Of a DNA stretch of 64,000 bases, positions 41,193 to 50,299 are shown piece after piece; positions within the stretch are counted from its first letter, which is position 1, and the number at the start of each line of letters is the position of its first letter. Below the pieces are notes generated by a model that was not told the origin of the DNA, searched no databases, and saw nothing but the letters and a program-made list of their open reading frames with translations. Where the stretch lies: contig CAVQKE010000007.1 in assembly GCA_963713045.1 (NCBI GenBank), positions 288,001 through 352,000 of the forward strand. The letters run 5' to 3'. The position numbers were made by a program, and so were the translations under genes. Origin of the DNA: an uncultured delta proteobacterium. GTDB taxonomy: Bacteria > Myxococcota > Myxococcia > Myxococcales > Myxococcaceae.

Positions 41193-41537
41193 TTAAACGC
41201 GCCGTCTCTCATCAGCGAGAATGTCGTTGCACAAGTCGACGCAATCGTCGCAGATAAAGAGCGGCGGTGGGCCTGGAGGACCCGCAATCAAATGAGCTAC
41301 CCGCTCCAGTGAAGCCCCGCAGAAGGAGCAGTGCGCCTCGTTGTTCGTCTCGGGCGTGGCGGCTCCCCCCTCCTGGCCTTGTTTGGCCAAGATGCCATTA
41401 CAGAGGCCTATACACTCATCGCAGATGTACACGACGGGTCCGTTCTCGCCCGCGCCGGCTCCGGCAACGAGTTTCTTCACGTCCTTTTGGTGCTTCCCGC
41501 AGAACGAGCAACTGAGGCCCATTGTCCTTCCTGCCAT
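41193..41537 (-). CDS. Stand-alone protein of two tandem ClpX C4-type zinc-finger domains
   Basis: CSFCGK...KKLVAG...[10 protein letters not shown] and CSFCGA...HLIAGP...[10 protein letters not shown]; no AAA+ domain; GGAG RBS. Confidence 0.9.
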   Translation of the reverse strand: MAGRTMGLSCSFCGKHQKDVKKLVAGAGAGENGPVVYICDECIGLCNGILAKQGQEGGAATPETNNEAHCSFCGASLERVAHLIAGPPGPPPLFICDDCVDLCNDILADERRRV

Positions 41538-41619
41538 GTCAGCTCTCCAGCGACCGGACTCACCGCCCTGCCGACGCTAGCCGCCCGGCCCTCGGGATGG
41601 GAGGGCGAGCCCTTCCCTT

Positions 41620-41648
41620 GCAAACTGCGGACGCAATACGGACGCATG
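41620..41648 (+). repeat. Putative integrase arm-type binding site (right)
   Basis: gcaaactgcggacgcaatacggacgcatg, 29 bp inside attR. Confidence 0.75.
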
Positions 41649-41677
41649 AAGAGGTGCCATCCTCTGAACGACCCGAA

Positions 41678-41731
41678 ATTCAGGGTCTAGCGCCCGAAAC
41701 GGCATGGAGGTTCGAGTCCTCTCCTGGGCAC
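41678..41731 (+). repeat. attR core (duplicated tRNA-Leu 3' part)
   Basis: 54/54 identical to 30299-30352. Confidence 0.95.
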
Positions 41732-42153
41732 AGCAATTTCAGTGGTTTGTGGGATTTCGTGTGCACTGGGTGGGATCGAGCTTTGGGCACATGCGGGGCG
41801 GAGTCATTTCAGTCACGCTCGCCCGGACGCGCCGGACGTTCGCCAGCGCGCTCTCGACGCCCGCTTGAAAGCCAGAAAACAACGCCGCACCGCCGCCCGC
41901 GACGAGTATCCAAACGAAGAGAGTGAAGGAGTCGGCACCCAATAAACTGCCCTCCATCAGGTTTGGGCCTCGAGTCTCAGTCCCGCTCTGGAGTCACCAG
42001 GCTGCCACCCAACGCCGACGGAGCCGATGTGGGGTGCGGAGGGGTAACCTCGTCCTACGACAGAGCACCCGAGAAAGGCACTTACCGTGATGTCGCGACG
42101 GGGGCCTGAACGCACGCTGCCGACCAAGTTGGCGGAGATTTCTCGACGGTCCT

Positions 42154-42520
42154 TCAGTTGGTCCAGATCCAGCCCCCTCCGATCGCGACGAGGTGGCTCC
42201 CGGTGGCGTTAGACGCGACCGCTTCCCAGGGCCCGCTCGCGGCGGGGTCGCTGGTGGTCAAGTCGGTCCAGGTGGTGCCGCCGTTCGTCGAATACCAGAC
42301 GTCTCCATTGTAGCCGTTGACGAGCCCGTCCACCGCCATGAGGTTCATCCCCGTTGCGTCGGAGGCCACGGAAAACCACACCTGCCACGTCGGAGCCGAG
42401 GCCGAAGCAGCCCACGTGACCCCACCGTTGGCCGACGTCCAGATGTATCCCGTGTCGACGACCGCGACGAGCTTCGTTCCCGTCGCGTCCGACGCGACCG
42501 ACGACCAGCCTTGGCCTTGC
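42154..42520 (-). pseudogene. C-terminal remnant of a BNR/WD40-like beta-propeller gene
   Basis: Three repeats W.SVASDATG..L.A....IWTS.NGG.TW with no credible 5' end; abuts the GNAT gene. Confidence 0.7.
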
Positions 42521-42547
42521 GGCTTTCGAGGTGCGAAGTCGAAGGCG

Positions 42548-43048
42548 TCAGCCACGAGCCCGCTCCGCGAGAGAAGTGAGAAGGAACATTCTGTCGGGAC
42601 GTGTTGGCAGAGGGGTGAAGCCAAAGCTGGGGTAGAAGTCCCGGGATGCTTTGTAGAGCGCATCCACGACGATGGCGTAAACACCCAGGCTCTGTCGGCC
42701 GGCAAGGACCCGGTTGATCGCGTCCGCCAGAAGAACATCGCCCACTCGCTGCCCACGACTCCGGAGGTCGCGGGCCAAACGGCCTATGAGCGCTGCGGGA
42801 ATTGCACTGTAGCGGGAAAGCTTTTTGGCCAAGTCCTCTGGGAAGTCATCGAGCTGCAGCGAGAATGCGCTCAAGCTGTAGAAGCCCACCAGGCCGAGCT
42901 GGTCGTCGATGGCGACGAAGACTTGGGCAAGGTCGCGCTTGGTGTCCTGGGTCGCCCTATTTCTGAACCAATCGTCCAGGGAGGGCTCGCCGCAGCTGAA
43001 CGCACGACGGTCGTGCTGCTTCTGGAGCGGTTCGATGTGAATCGCCAA
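42548..43048 (-). CDS. GNAT-family acetyltransferase toxin (AtaT/TacT-like)
   Basis: HDRRAFSCGEPSLDDW, PAALIGRLARD...RGQRVG, VVDA...FY..FGF. Confidence 0.9.
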   Translation of the reverse strand: MAIHIEPLQKQHDRRAFSCGEPSLDDWFRNRATQDTKRDLAQVFVAIDDQLGLVGFYSLSAFSLQLDDFPEDLAKKLSRYSAIPAALIGRLARDLRSRGQRVGDVLLADAINRVLAGRQSLGVYAIVVDALYKASRDFYPSFGFTPLPTRPDRMFLLTSLAERARG

Positions 43049-43054
43049 GAAGCC

Positions 43055-43345
43055 CTACCGGGAGACTTTGTCCGCGTGGAGCCTAAAGGCCTCGCTCAGG
43101 CGGGGCGAAGGCTTCGGCGGGTTGCGGACCGTAGCTAAGAAGACCTCACGGTCGGCTCCGCGGAGCACCATGCGCTCGTGGTCGTCGAGTACTTGCTTCG
43201 CGCCCTGGAGCGCCAGGTCAGCCGCGGGGAGGCCGGAGACCGCCATGGCGCGCAAGATGAGGGCCTTCGCCGAAGGGGCGACACGCAACTCAAGCCTCTG
43301 GCTCTTCAACTCCCTGATCTGCTTATTTTTCGCCGCCCTGGCCAT
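43055..43345 (-). CDS. DUF1778 RHH antitoxin (AtaR/TacA-like)
   Basis: KSQRLELRV...LILRA...F...NPPKPSPRL; directly upstream of the GNAT gene. Confidence 0.9.
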   Translation of the reverse strand: MARAAKNKQIRELKSQRLELRVAPSAKALILRAMAVSGLPAADLALQGAKQVLDDHERMVLRGADREVFLATVRNPPKPSPRLSEAFRLHADKVSR

Positions 43346-43353
43346 GGACGAGA

Positions 43354-43374
43354 TGTACGTCAACTAGCCGTACA
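43354..43374. promoter_or_regulatory. Putative autoregulatory operator of the TA operon
   Basis: Inverted repeat TGTACG-N9-CGTACA just upstream of the antitoxin ATG. Confidence 0.6.
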
Positions 43375-43523
43375 CGTCAACGTGTGGCGCAATCGCCCCC
43401 AATTGCGAGCGGGAGGTCGTATTTCGCAAAAAATCCTGTGACACCGGCGAGGCAGTCGAAGCGGGCCCTGAGTGCTGTGGTGGTGACCCTGCTCGAAGCC
43501 ACTGTCGAGCGTGCTGAGAAGCG

Positions 43524-43934
43524 TTAGGATTTCTTGGGCGGGTTAACCGCGCTGTCACGGTCGATCTCACGCTGGCGCCTGTCCTCAGCTAGCCAGACCG
43601 GGAAGTGGAATCGGTCACTGATCCGGCAGTATCCGTAGGTTCCTCGGAAGTGGCCGGGTGACTCATCGCGGTCGGGCAACTCATAGACGGACGTCGGACG
43701 CACTTCGAGGTGTCCAAGCTGCACCCCAACCCTGCCAATGCGGTGCGTCTCTGGTGTCCAGTGGTTGTTCGGAATGCGAGGCTGGCCGGTGACTCGGGTT
43801 GGACACTCGCTAACGAAGACCTTGTACCGCTCGAACGCCTTACCGAACCGCCAGCGCGCAAAAGGACTGCTAATCGCGTTCCATAGAGGGTCCAGGAACT
43901 TGAGTGCCGCTCCGCCGAGGCCAATAGGGTCCAC
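43524..43934 (-). CDS. Orphan hypothetical protein
   Basis: 136-aa ORF with GTG start; no motif recognised. Confidence 0.4.
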   Translation of the reverse strand: MDPIGLGGAALKFLDPLWNAISSPFARWRFGKAFERYKVFVSECPTRVTGQPRIPNNHWTPETHRIGRVGVQLGHLEVRPTSVYELPDRDESPGHFRGTYGYCRISDRFHFPVWLAEDRRQREIDRDSAVNPPKKS

Positions 43935-44054
43935 TGCGGTCGAAGTTTTGCGGTGCGCTCTGACAGCCCCCTGACGCTACTTTTTGGCAGAGCTTACGTT
44001 CGCAAGACCCGCCTGCCCGCCGGTTCTCAGAGAGGGCCGGGACTGTCTCAACCC

Positions 44055-44105
44055 TTCAGGGTCTAGCGCTCGAAACGGCATGGAGGTTCGAGTCATCTCC
44101 TGGGC
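44055..44105 (+). repeat. Degenerate third att copy (tRNA-Leu 3' part)
   Basis: 49/51 identical to 30300-30350. Confidence 0.9.
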
Positions 44106-44292
44106 GTACGTTGAATAGTTGGGGAGGGTTGCGGACGCGAGTTCAGATTGGCGAAGTCCGCGCTAGGACGCGCACCTCTTCGGCCCGAGCGCGATCCGGC
44201 CACTCGAGCTGCCCAACGGGAAACGACACGGCAACGGCCGAGCCTGGATTCAGCCACGGATTTGTCACCGTCGGCTGCAAAAGGTGCCCTTC

Positions 44293-46113
44293 ATGAGCGA
44301 ACCGTCCATCCCGGAAGTCCTCGGGCAAGTGGAAAGGCTGCTCGCCGAGGTGGAGCGCGCCACGCCCACGGAGAGCGAGCTGGCTGTGCTCTCGCCCCAG
44401 CACCGGCCAGGCGCCCTCAACCTGCGCCACTACCTGGCACTGCGCCTGCACGACGTTCGGCACCTTCAGACAATGCTCGCCGAGTTGGGGCTGTCCTCCC
44501 TGGGTCGGGCCGAAGGGCACGTCCACGCCACGCTCTTGGCGGTGCGGCGCGCGCTTGCACGACTCGAAGGTCGGACTGCACCGGTGCCGAAGCCTCTCGG
44601 GCCGGACTTCGAGCAGGCGCGCAGCGCCCTCAATGCGCAGGCCGACGCGCTACTGGGAGTCGCTCCCTCGGGGCGCGCCGTGAGAATCATGGTCACCGCC
44701 GACGCGAGTCTTGCGGGGAGTCCAGACTCGGTGCGCGCACTGTTGCGCGCTGGCATGAGCTGCCTTCGAGTCAACTGCGCGCACGACGGGCCTGACACCT
44801 GGCGGCGCATCGCTGGGCACCTTCGCGCGGCGCAACAGGAGCTGGGCACTCCCTGTCAGCTGCTGATGGACCTCGGTGGCCCGAAAATACGGACCGGGCC
44901 GCTTGAACCCGGCCCAGCGGTGGTGACGTGGAAGGTGCTCCGTGACGCCTGCGGAAAAGTCCTGTCGCCGACGCTGGTGTGGCTCGTCCCCGAGGGCGAT
45001 GCACGCCCTCGCCCGTCGCCGGTATTGCGCTTCCCATCCGCCTGGGTCACGCAGCTGAAGGAAGGCGAACTCCTTCAATTTCACGACGCCCGGGGGCGAG
45101 CACGCGAGTTGCGGGTCGTTGGGCGTGAGGGCGATGCGGTGAAGGCCGAGACCGAGCGGCGGGCCTATGTCGTCGAGGACACGGCGTTTCGTCGGCAGGG
45201 CTTCGAGGAGCGTGTCTTCCCCCTGGGACTGCCCAGGTGCGAGGTCCCCCTGCAACTGGCGGTGGGAGATGAGCTCATCCTCACGCGCGGGCTTGCACCC
45301 GGCTCCGCGGCGGTGAAGGACGCATTGGGAAACGTGCTGCGGGCAGCCCGCATTGGCTGCACCGAGCCCGCCGTCCTCCTGGCTGCAAGGCCGGGCCAAC
45401 GCGTCCTCCTCGACGACGGAAAATTCGAGGCTGAAACCGTCCACGTCGACGCGGAGCAGATGCACTTGCGGGTGACACGCGCCCCGCTCCCCTTTGGGAA
45501 GTTGGGCAGCGAAAAGGGCGTCAGCCTCCCGGACACGCGCCTTCAGCTGCCGTCGCTGGGCGAGGCAGACCGAGCCGACTTGCTCGAGGTCGTCGCGCTG
45601 GCAGACCTGGTGGGTCTGTCCTTCGTTCAGAGCCCCGAGGACGTGCATGCGCTGCGCGCCGAGCTGACGCGTCTTCACGCCTCCCGCTTGGGCATCGTTC
45701 TCAAAATCGAGACTCCCCATGCCTTTGAGTCGATGCCCGCACTGCTTTGGGCGGCGATGGAGCACGAGCGTGTGGGGATCATGATTGCGCGGGGCGACCT
45801 CGCCGTGGAATGCGGCTACCAGCGCCTGGCAGAAGTGCAGGAGGAGCTGCTCTGGATTTGTGAGGCGGCCCACCTGCCCGCCATTTGGGCGACGCAGGTG
45901 TTGGAGGGAATGGCCAAAACAGGCGTTCCCAGCCGAGCCGAGGTGACGGATGCGGCCATGGGCGAGCGCGCCGAGTGCGTCATGCTCAACAAGGGCCCCC
46001 ACATCGTGGAAGCCGTGATTGCGCTGGACGACATTCTTCGTCGGATGGAGGAACACCAGTCGAAGAAGACGGCGCAGCTCCGAGCGCTCAAGTCCTGGCG
46101 TCCCGGGTCTTGA
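44293..46113 (+). CDS. pyk: Pyruvate kinase, long form with N-terminal extension
   Basis: RVNCAHD, MDLGGPKIRTG, LKIET, IARGDLAVE, WATQVLE, AECVMLNKG. Confidence 0.88.
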   Translation: MSEPSIPEVLGQVERLLAEVERATPTESELAVLSPQHRPGALNLRHYLALRLHDVRHLQTMLAELGLSSLGRAEGHVHATLLAVRRALARLEGRTAPVPKPLGPDFEQARSALNAQADALLGVAPSGRAVRIMVTADASLAGSPDSVRALLRAGMSCLRVNCAHDGPDTWRRIAGHLRAAQQELGTPCQLLMDLGGPKIRTGPLEPGPAVVTWKVLRDACGKVLSPTLVWLVPEGDARPRPSPVLRFPSAWVTQLKEGELLQFHDARGRARELRVVGREGDAVKAETERRAYVVEDTAFRRQGFEERVFPLGLPRCEVPLQLAVGDELILTRGLAPGSAAVKDALGNVLRAARIGCTEPAVLLAARPGQRVLLDDGKFEAETVHVDAEQMHLRVTRAPLPFGKLGSEKGVSLPDTRLQLPSLGEADRADLLEVVALADLVGLSFVQSPEDVHALRAELTRLHASRLGIVLKIETPHAFESMPALLWAAMEHERVGIMIARGDLAVECGYQRLAEVQEELLWICEAAHLPAIWATQVLEGMAKTGVPSRAEVTDAAMGERAECVMLNKGPHIVEAVIALDDILRRMEEHQSKKTAQLRALKSWRPGS

Positions 46114-46206
46114 CGAAAGCGCCTGGCCCTCACAGGTCCCGGCAACGCGCGGCCATCGACTTTCGAGCCCCGGACCTTCGGACCCGCGTGCGCCGAGGCC
46201 CGACGC

Positions 46207-47739
46207 TTACCTCTTCGCCGCGTCCCGCCCGTCAGCCGCTCGCTCGGCGAGGGCGCGACGTCGAGTGGCTTCAGTCTCTAGAGCGATCGCCAGCTCCACC
46301 ACTCCACGCCGGATTTCGGCTGTGCCGACCGCAGCGAAACCCAATTGCAATCCCTCCTTTGACATCGGTGCTCGACCGTAGCGGCTCAAGGGAGTTACCT
46401 CGACATCCCGCCGGGCGGCCGCCGTTGCCGCAGACTCCGAATCGATTCCGGCGCACAGCCAGCCAACGGTCTGCAGCCCGGCTTCGACACCCGAAATCTC
46501 GAGCAGCCCGGCGAGCCTTTGACGGGCGCCTTCAAGCAGAACAGAAAGTCGCTCGGAGTACATCTCGCGCATCCGCCGGAGATGGCGCCCGAAGTGTCCC
46601 TCGGTGATGAAGTCGCCGAGTACCGCTTGCTGCAAGACCGGCGGGTGCCGGCTGGTAATCGACTTGACGGCGGCGAAGTTGGCCACCAGGTCGGTCGGGA
46701 CGACCAGGTATGCCAACCGGAGCGATGGGAAAAGCACTTTGCTGAAACTGCCCCCGAAGAGCACCAGTCCGTTCTGATCGAGCCCTTGCAATGCCGGCAC
46801 CGGGCGGCCCGAGTAACGGTACTCGCTGTCATAGTCGTCTTCGAAGATGAGCGCGCCGGACACTCGAGCCCACTCGAGCAACGCCAGTCGCCGCGGGAGG
46901 CTCATGGTGATTCCCAGCGGGAACTGGTGTCCGGGCGTCACGTAAACCAGCCGCGCACCGCGCAAGCGCGCGACTCGCAGCTCCATCCCTTGGTCGTCGA
47001 CCGGCACCCCGGAAATCTTCGCCCCGGCGGCCTCGAAGACGAGGCCCGCTCCCACGTACCCCGGATCTTCCATGCACACCCGGTCACCGGGATTGAGAAA
47101 AATCCTGGCCACCAAATCGAGCGCTTCCTGAATCCCGGAAACGATTACCACTTGCCCAGCGTCGCATTTGACGCCCCGAGAGACGTTCAGGTAGTCGGCG
47201 ATGGCCGCCCGCAGCGGGGCGTGCCCCATTGGATCGCAACCCAGCAGCATGCCGGTCGAGGCGCGACGAGAACGCCGCGCTGTGAGTTGGGTCCACAAGG
47301 CTGTCGGAAAAGCGGACAGCGCCGGCAGATTGGGACGAAAGGCGCGGCTCGCACGGACCTCGAGGCCGGGAAACAACACCACCCGACGGGCGTAGTCCGA
47401 GACGCGACGCTGCGGTCGCGGCGGCGTGGATGGCCGCACGCGTGGTTCTCCCCTGACCTGGAGCAGCTCCTCGGGAAGCACCTTGCTGACATAGGTGCCC
47501 GAGCCGATGGCACCTTCCACGTAGCCCTCCGCCTTCAGCTGCTCGAAGGCAGTGACGACGGTTCCACGCGAAAGTCCGTATTGCTCGGCCAGTTCGCGCG
47601 TCGCCGGAAGGCGCGCGCGTGGGCGAAGGCGGCCCTCCAGAATCTCGCCGCGCAGTGCCCTGTACAGCCAATGGTGCGCGGGGGTTTTTCCGCCCCGCGA
47701 GGGAAGCGTCAGGGCAAATGCGCTGGTCCGTTTGGCCAT
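46207..47739 (-). CDS. MocR/GabR-family regulator (GntR HTH + PLP aminotransferase domain)
   Basis: LPATRELA...SRGTV HTH; EDDYDSEY and GSFSKVLFP motifs. Confidence 0.93.
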   Translation of the reverse strand: MAKRTSAFALTLPSRGGKTPAHHWLYRALRGEILEGRLRPRARLPATRELAEQYGLSRGTVVTAFEQLKAEGYVEGAIGSGTYVSKVLPEELLQVRGEPRVRPSTPPRPQRRVSDYARRVVLFPGLEVRASRAFRPNLPALSAFPTALWTQLTARRSRRASTGMLLGCDPMGHAPLRAAIADYLNVSRGVKCDAGQVVIVSGIQEALDLVARIFLNPGDRVCMEDPGYVGAGLVFEAAGAKISGVPVDDQGMELRVARLRGARLVYVTPGHQFPLGITMSLPRRLALLEWARVSGALIFEDDYDSEYRYSGRPVPALQGLDQNGLVLFGGSFSKVLFPSLRLAYLVVPTDLVANFAAVKSITSRHPPVLQQAVLGDFITEGHFGRHLRRMREMYSERLSVLLEGARQRLAGLLEISGVEAGLQTVGWLCAGIDSESAATAAARRDVEVTPLSRYGRAPMSKEGLQLGFAAVGTAEIRRGVVELAIALETEATRRRALAERAADGRDAAKR

Positions 47740-47742
47740 TCG

Positions 47743-47790
47743 AAGTGGTCCAGTTCAAATCCAGTAAATGGTCCTTACCGATGCACCACT
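47743..47790. promoter_or_regulatory. Putative MocR-family operator
   Basis: Two direct TGGTCC repeats plus an inverted ACCACT in the divergent intergenic region. Confidence 0.5.
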
Positions 47791-47930
47791 CTACGTTAGA
47801 TTGCCTGGGCAATGACACGAGCCACGGCGACATTTCGAGGGGCGGCCAGCCTCATCATCGCAGTCTGCGACCACCAGCTGCCGCTCTCTGGGCCGCCGCC
47901 TGAAACACCGGCCTCGGGAGTGACGGCGCC

Positions 47931-48425
47931 ATGAACGACGTTCTGTCGACCGCCTTGGACGTCGTCTTTCGCCGCTCGGCGAAGCACGCGCAGGTCGACT
48001 GGACGCGTGTCGGCCGGTGGTACGCTCGAATCGCCCTGGGCGTGGGCTTCCTGTCAGGCGTCGCCGACCGTTTCGGTCTCTGGCGCGGCCGGAATGTCGG
48101 GTACGGAGATTTCAGCCACTTCGTCCTGTACACGGCCAAAGTGAATTCGTTCATGCCAGCGTTCACCATCCCATTCCTCGCGTGGGCAGCCACCGTCGCG
48201 GAGTTCTCACTGGGGATGGCGCTCGTCGTGGGTCTGCGGCTGCGCTGGGCAGCCCTTGGCAGCGCGGTGCTACTCGTTTCCTTCGGGACTGCGATGGCAA
48301 TTTCTTTCGGCCTGAAGTCGCCACTGGACTACTCGGTCTTCTCTGCATCGGCGGGAGCATTCCTGCTGGCGCTCTCTGAAGCTCCCAAGGGCACTCTCTC
48401 GCAGAAGACGCGCCCCCAAGACTGA
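47931..48425 (+). CDS. DoxX-family membrane protein
   Basis: ARIALGVGFLSGVADRFGLW; four hydrophobic segments. Confidence 0.75.
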   Translation: MNDVLSTALDVVFRRSAKHAQVDWTRVGRWYARIALGVGFLSGVADRFGLWRGRNVGYGDFSHFVLYTAKVNSFMPAFTIPFLAWAATVAEFSLGMALVVGLRLRWAALGSAVLLVSFGTAMAISFGLKSPLDYSVFSASAGAFLLALSEAPKGTLSQKTRPQD

Positions 48426-48443
48426 CCTAGCAGGGGACACATC

Positions 48444-48905
48444 GTGAAAACTCGCCTCAACTACTCCAGCGTTGCCCCAGAGATTTACGCGGCCATGGAT
48501 GCAGCGGACCAATATCTCAGCCGCTGCGGACTGGAACCGGGCCTATTGAACTTGATTCGGTTGCGGGCATCGCAAATCAACGGGTGCGCCTACTGCCTCG
48601 ACATGCACTGGAAGGACCTGCGCGCGAGCGGTGACACCGAGCAGCGTCTGTCTTCGTTGGAGGTCTGGCGCGAGTGCCCGTACTACACGGAACGCGAGCG
48701 GGCCGCTCTTGCCTGGACCGAGGCCGTGACCCTTGTCACCAATGGCCACGTCCCTGACACCGTCCATGATGAGGTGCGTCCGCACTTCAGCGAAAAGGAG
48801 CTATCGAATCTGACGCTGGCGGTGGCCGCCATCAACGCTTGGAATCGTCTCTCGATTGCGGGCCGCCTCATCCCGGGCGACTACCAGCCAGCGGATGCGC
48901 CGTGA
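48444..48905 (+). CDS. Carboxymuconolactone decarboxylase / AhpD-like protein
   Basis: RASQINGCAYCLDMH and INAWNR. Confidence 0.92.
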   Translation: MKTRLNYSSVAPEIYAAMDAADQYLSRCGLEPGLLNLIRLRASQINGCAYCLDMHWKDLRASGDTEQRLSSLEVWRECPYYTERERAALAWTEAVTLVTNGHVPDTVHDEVRPHFSEKELSNLTLAVAAINAWNRLSIAGRLIPGDYQPADAP

Positions 48906-48955
48906 AACGGGCCGTCGACGGAAACCACGACTCATTCAATTCCTCCGCGGGGCGG

Positions 48956-49876
48956 ATGCCCTCGCTCTCGCCGTCGGCGCCGGGGCGCATGAGGCTCTTG
49001 TCATCCCGGACCACTGGCACCGATTGGCTGCTGCTGGTCGTTCCGGGGCTCATCTGGGGTGCGTCGTTTCTGTTCATCGCAGAGGGACTCAGGGCGATTG
49101 GGCCCAACGGGCTCACCTTGGTCCGAATCCTCGTTGGATTCGTCACGCTTGGACTGATTCCTTCCGCCCGCGCTCCTGTCTCTCGCTCGGACTGGCCGGC
49201 GATTGCCTTGCTCGGGTTGCTCTGGCTCGCCTTCCCCCTGAGCATGTTTCCGTTTGCCGAACAGCGTGTCTCCTCGGCACTGACCGGAATGTTGAACGGG
49301 GCAAATCCCCTGTTTACCGCCATCGTGGCAGCTGGCCTCAATCGCCGCGCGCCATCGCGGGCCGTCGCTGCGGGTCTCGCCGTGGGTTTGGCAGGGACGG
49401 TGCTCATCGCTTGGCCCTCGCTTGGCGAAGGCCGCAGCAGCGTCGAAGGCATTCTCATGATTCTGGCCGCCGTCGCCTCCTACGGTTTCGCTCTCAACCT
49501 GGCGCGGCCACTTCAGCAGCGAAACGGCGCACTCCCAGTCATTTGGCGTGCCCAGGCGGTCGGACTTCTGTTGACGGCTCCGTTCGGCCTGGCCGACCTG
49601 GCGTCGGCACGCTGGACCCCCGGTCCCCTGCTGGCTGTCCTCGCCCTCGGCATGCTCGGAACGGGCCTGGCTTACGTCCTGATGGCGGTCGCCGCCGGCC
49701 GGGTGGGAGCAACCCGCGCGTCGGCTACGACGTTTCTCATTCCGGCAGTGGCGTTGGTGCTCGGGGTCGCCGTGCGTGGCGAGCACGTGGCGCCACTCTC
49801 TGTGGCAGGCGGGGTTGTCTGCGTCGCCGGCGCGTGGCTCATCCGCCGGGCGCAGCTCGAGGCCGGACGCATCTAA
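48956..49876 (+). CDS. DMT/EamA-family transporter
   Basis: IWGASFLFI; two EamA repeats; start uncertain. Confidence 0.88.
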   Translation: MPSLSPSAPGRMRLLSSRTTGTDWLLLVVPGLIWGASFLFIAEGLRAIGPNGLTLVRILVGFVTLGLIPSARAPVSRSDWPAIALLGLLWLAFPLSMFPFAEQRVSSALTGMLNGANPLFTAIVAAGLNRRAPSRAVAAGLAVGLAGTVLIAWPSLGEGRSSVEGILMILAAVASYGFALNLARPLQQRNGALPVIWRAQAVGLLLTAPFGLADLASARWTPGPLLAVLALGMLGTGLAYVLMAVAAGRVGATRASATTFLIPAVALVLGVAVRGEHVAPLSVAGGVVCVAGAWLIRRAQLEAGRI

Positions 49877-50299
49877 GGCGCTGCGCCACGCCTTGACTTG
49901 AGCGATTTCAATCGTCTCAGGGCCCCGTTTTGCGTGTACCGGCGCTGGAGTGGCTCGGTCGCCGAGCGTGCGAGACCCATTCCGCCTCAACGCGACGCGC
50001 CGCTTGAAAGAGTGAAGGCCGAGTGTTTTTTCGTCGAACGGCGGGCTCGGCTTTCTAGCGCGACCGCGCTGGGTGCGCTACGTGACACTTGAGCCCGTGC
50101 TGGATCCCCCCCATCAGCGCGGGTTCCCGTGTGCCGGGCGGCTCCTTTGGAGCCGCTCGGCCCGCGGTTTGACAACAGGGCCCCCGCATGGCCACCACCG
50201 GTGAAGTCCTCCGCTAGTGCGAGGGTGCCGGCCGCGACTCTTTGCGGCCACCTTCGGCGCGATTGCCATCCGACGCCGCTGCCGTTAGGAGGCCCAGAC

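Larger units (their letters stand above)
30299..41731. mobile_element. Integrated phage-satellite-like (PICI-like) element, 11,379 bp between att cores
   Basis: Perfect 54-bp direct repeats at both ends, adjacent tyrosine integrase, divergent excisionase, primase-helicase and iterons; no capsid/portal/tail genes recognised. Confidence 0.9.
41732..44105. mobile_element. Relic integrase-less island (~2.4 kb) in tandem at the same tRNA site
   Basis: Lies between the second and third copies of the tRNA 3' part; holds a TA pair, a gene fragment and an orphan ORF. Confidence 0.7.

Noticed and set aside
41193..41537. clpX gene or pseudogene
   Set aside because: Has its own RBS, start and stop, two fingers and no trace of an AAA+ domain.
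30299..41731. Complete prophage or ICE
   Set aside because: No major capsid, portal, large terminase, tail, lysis, relaxase or T4SS genes recognised; too small.
41678..44105. Additional functional tRNA genes at 41678 and 44055
   Set aside because: Both lack the 5' acceptor strand and D arm; they are att remnants.
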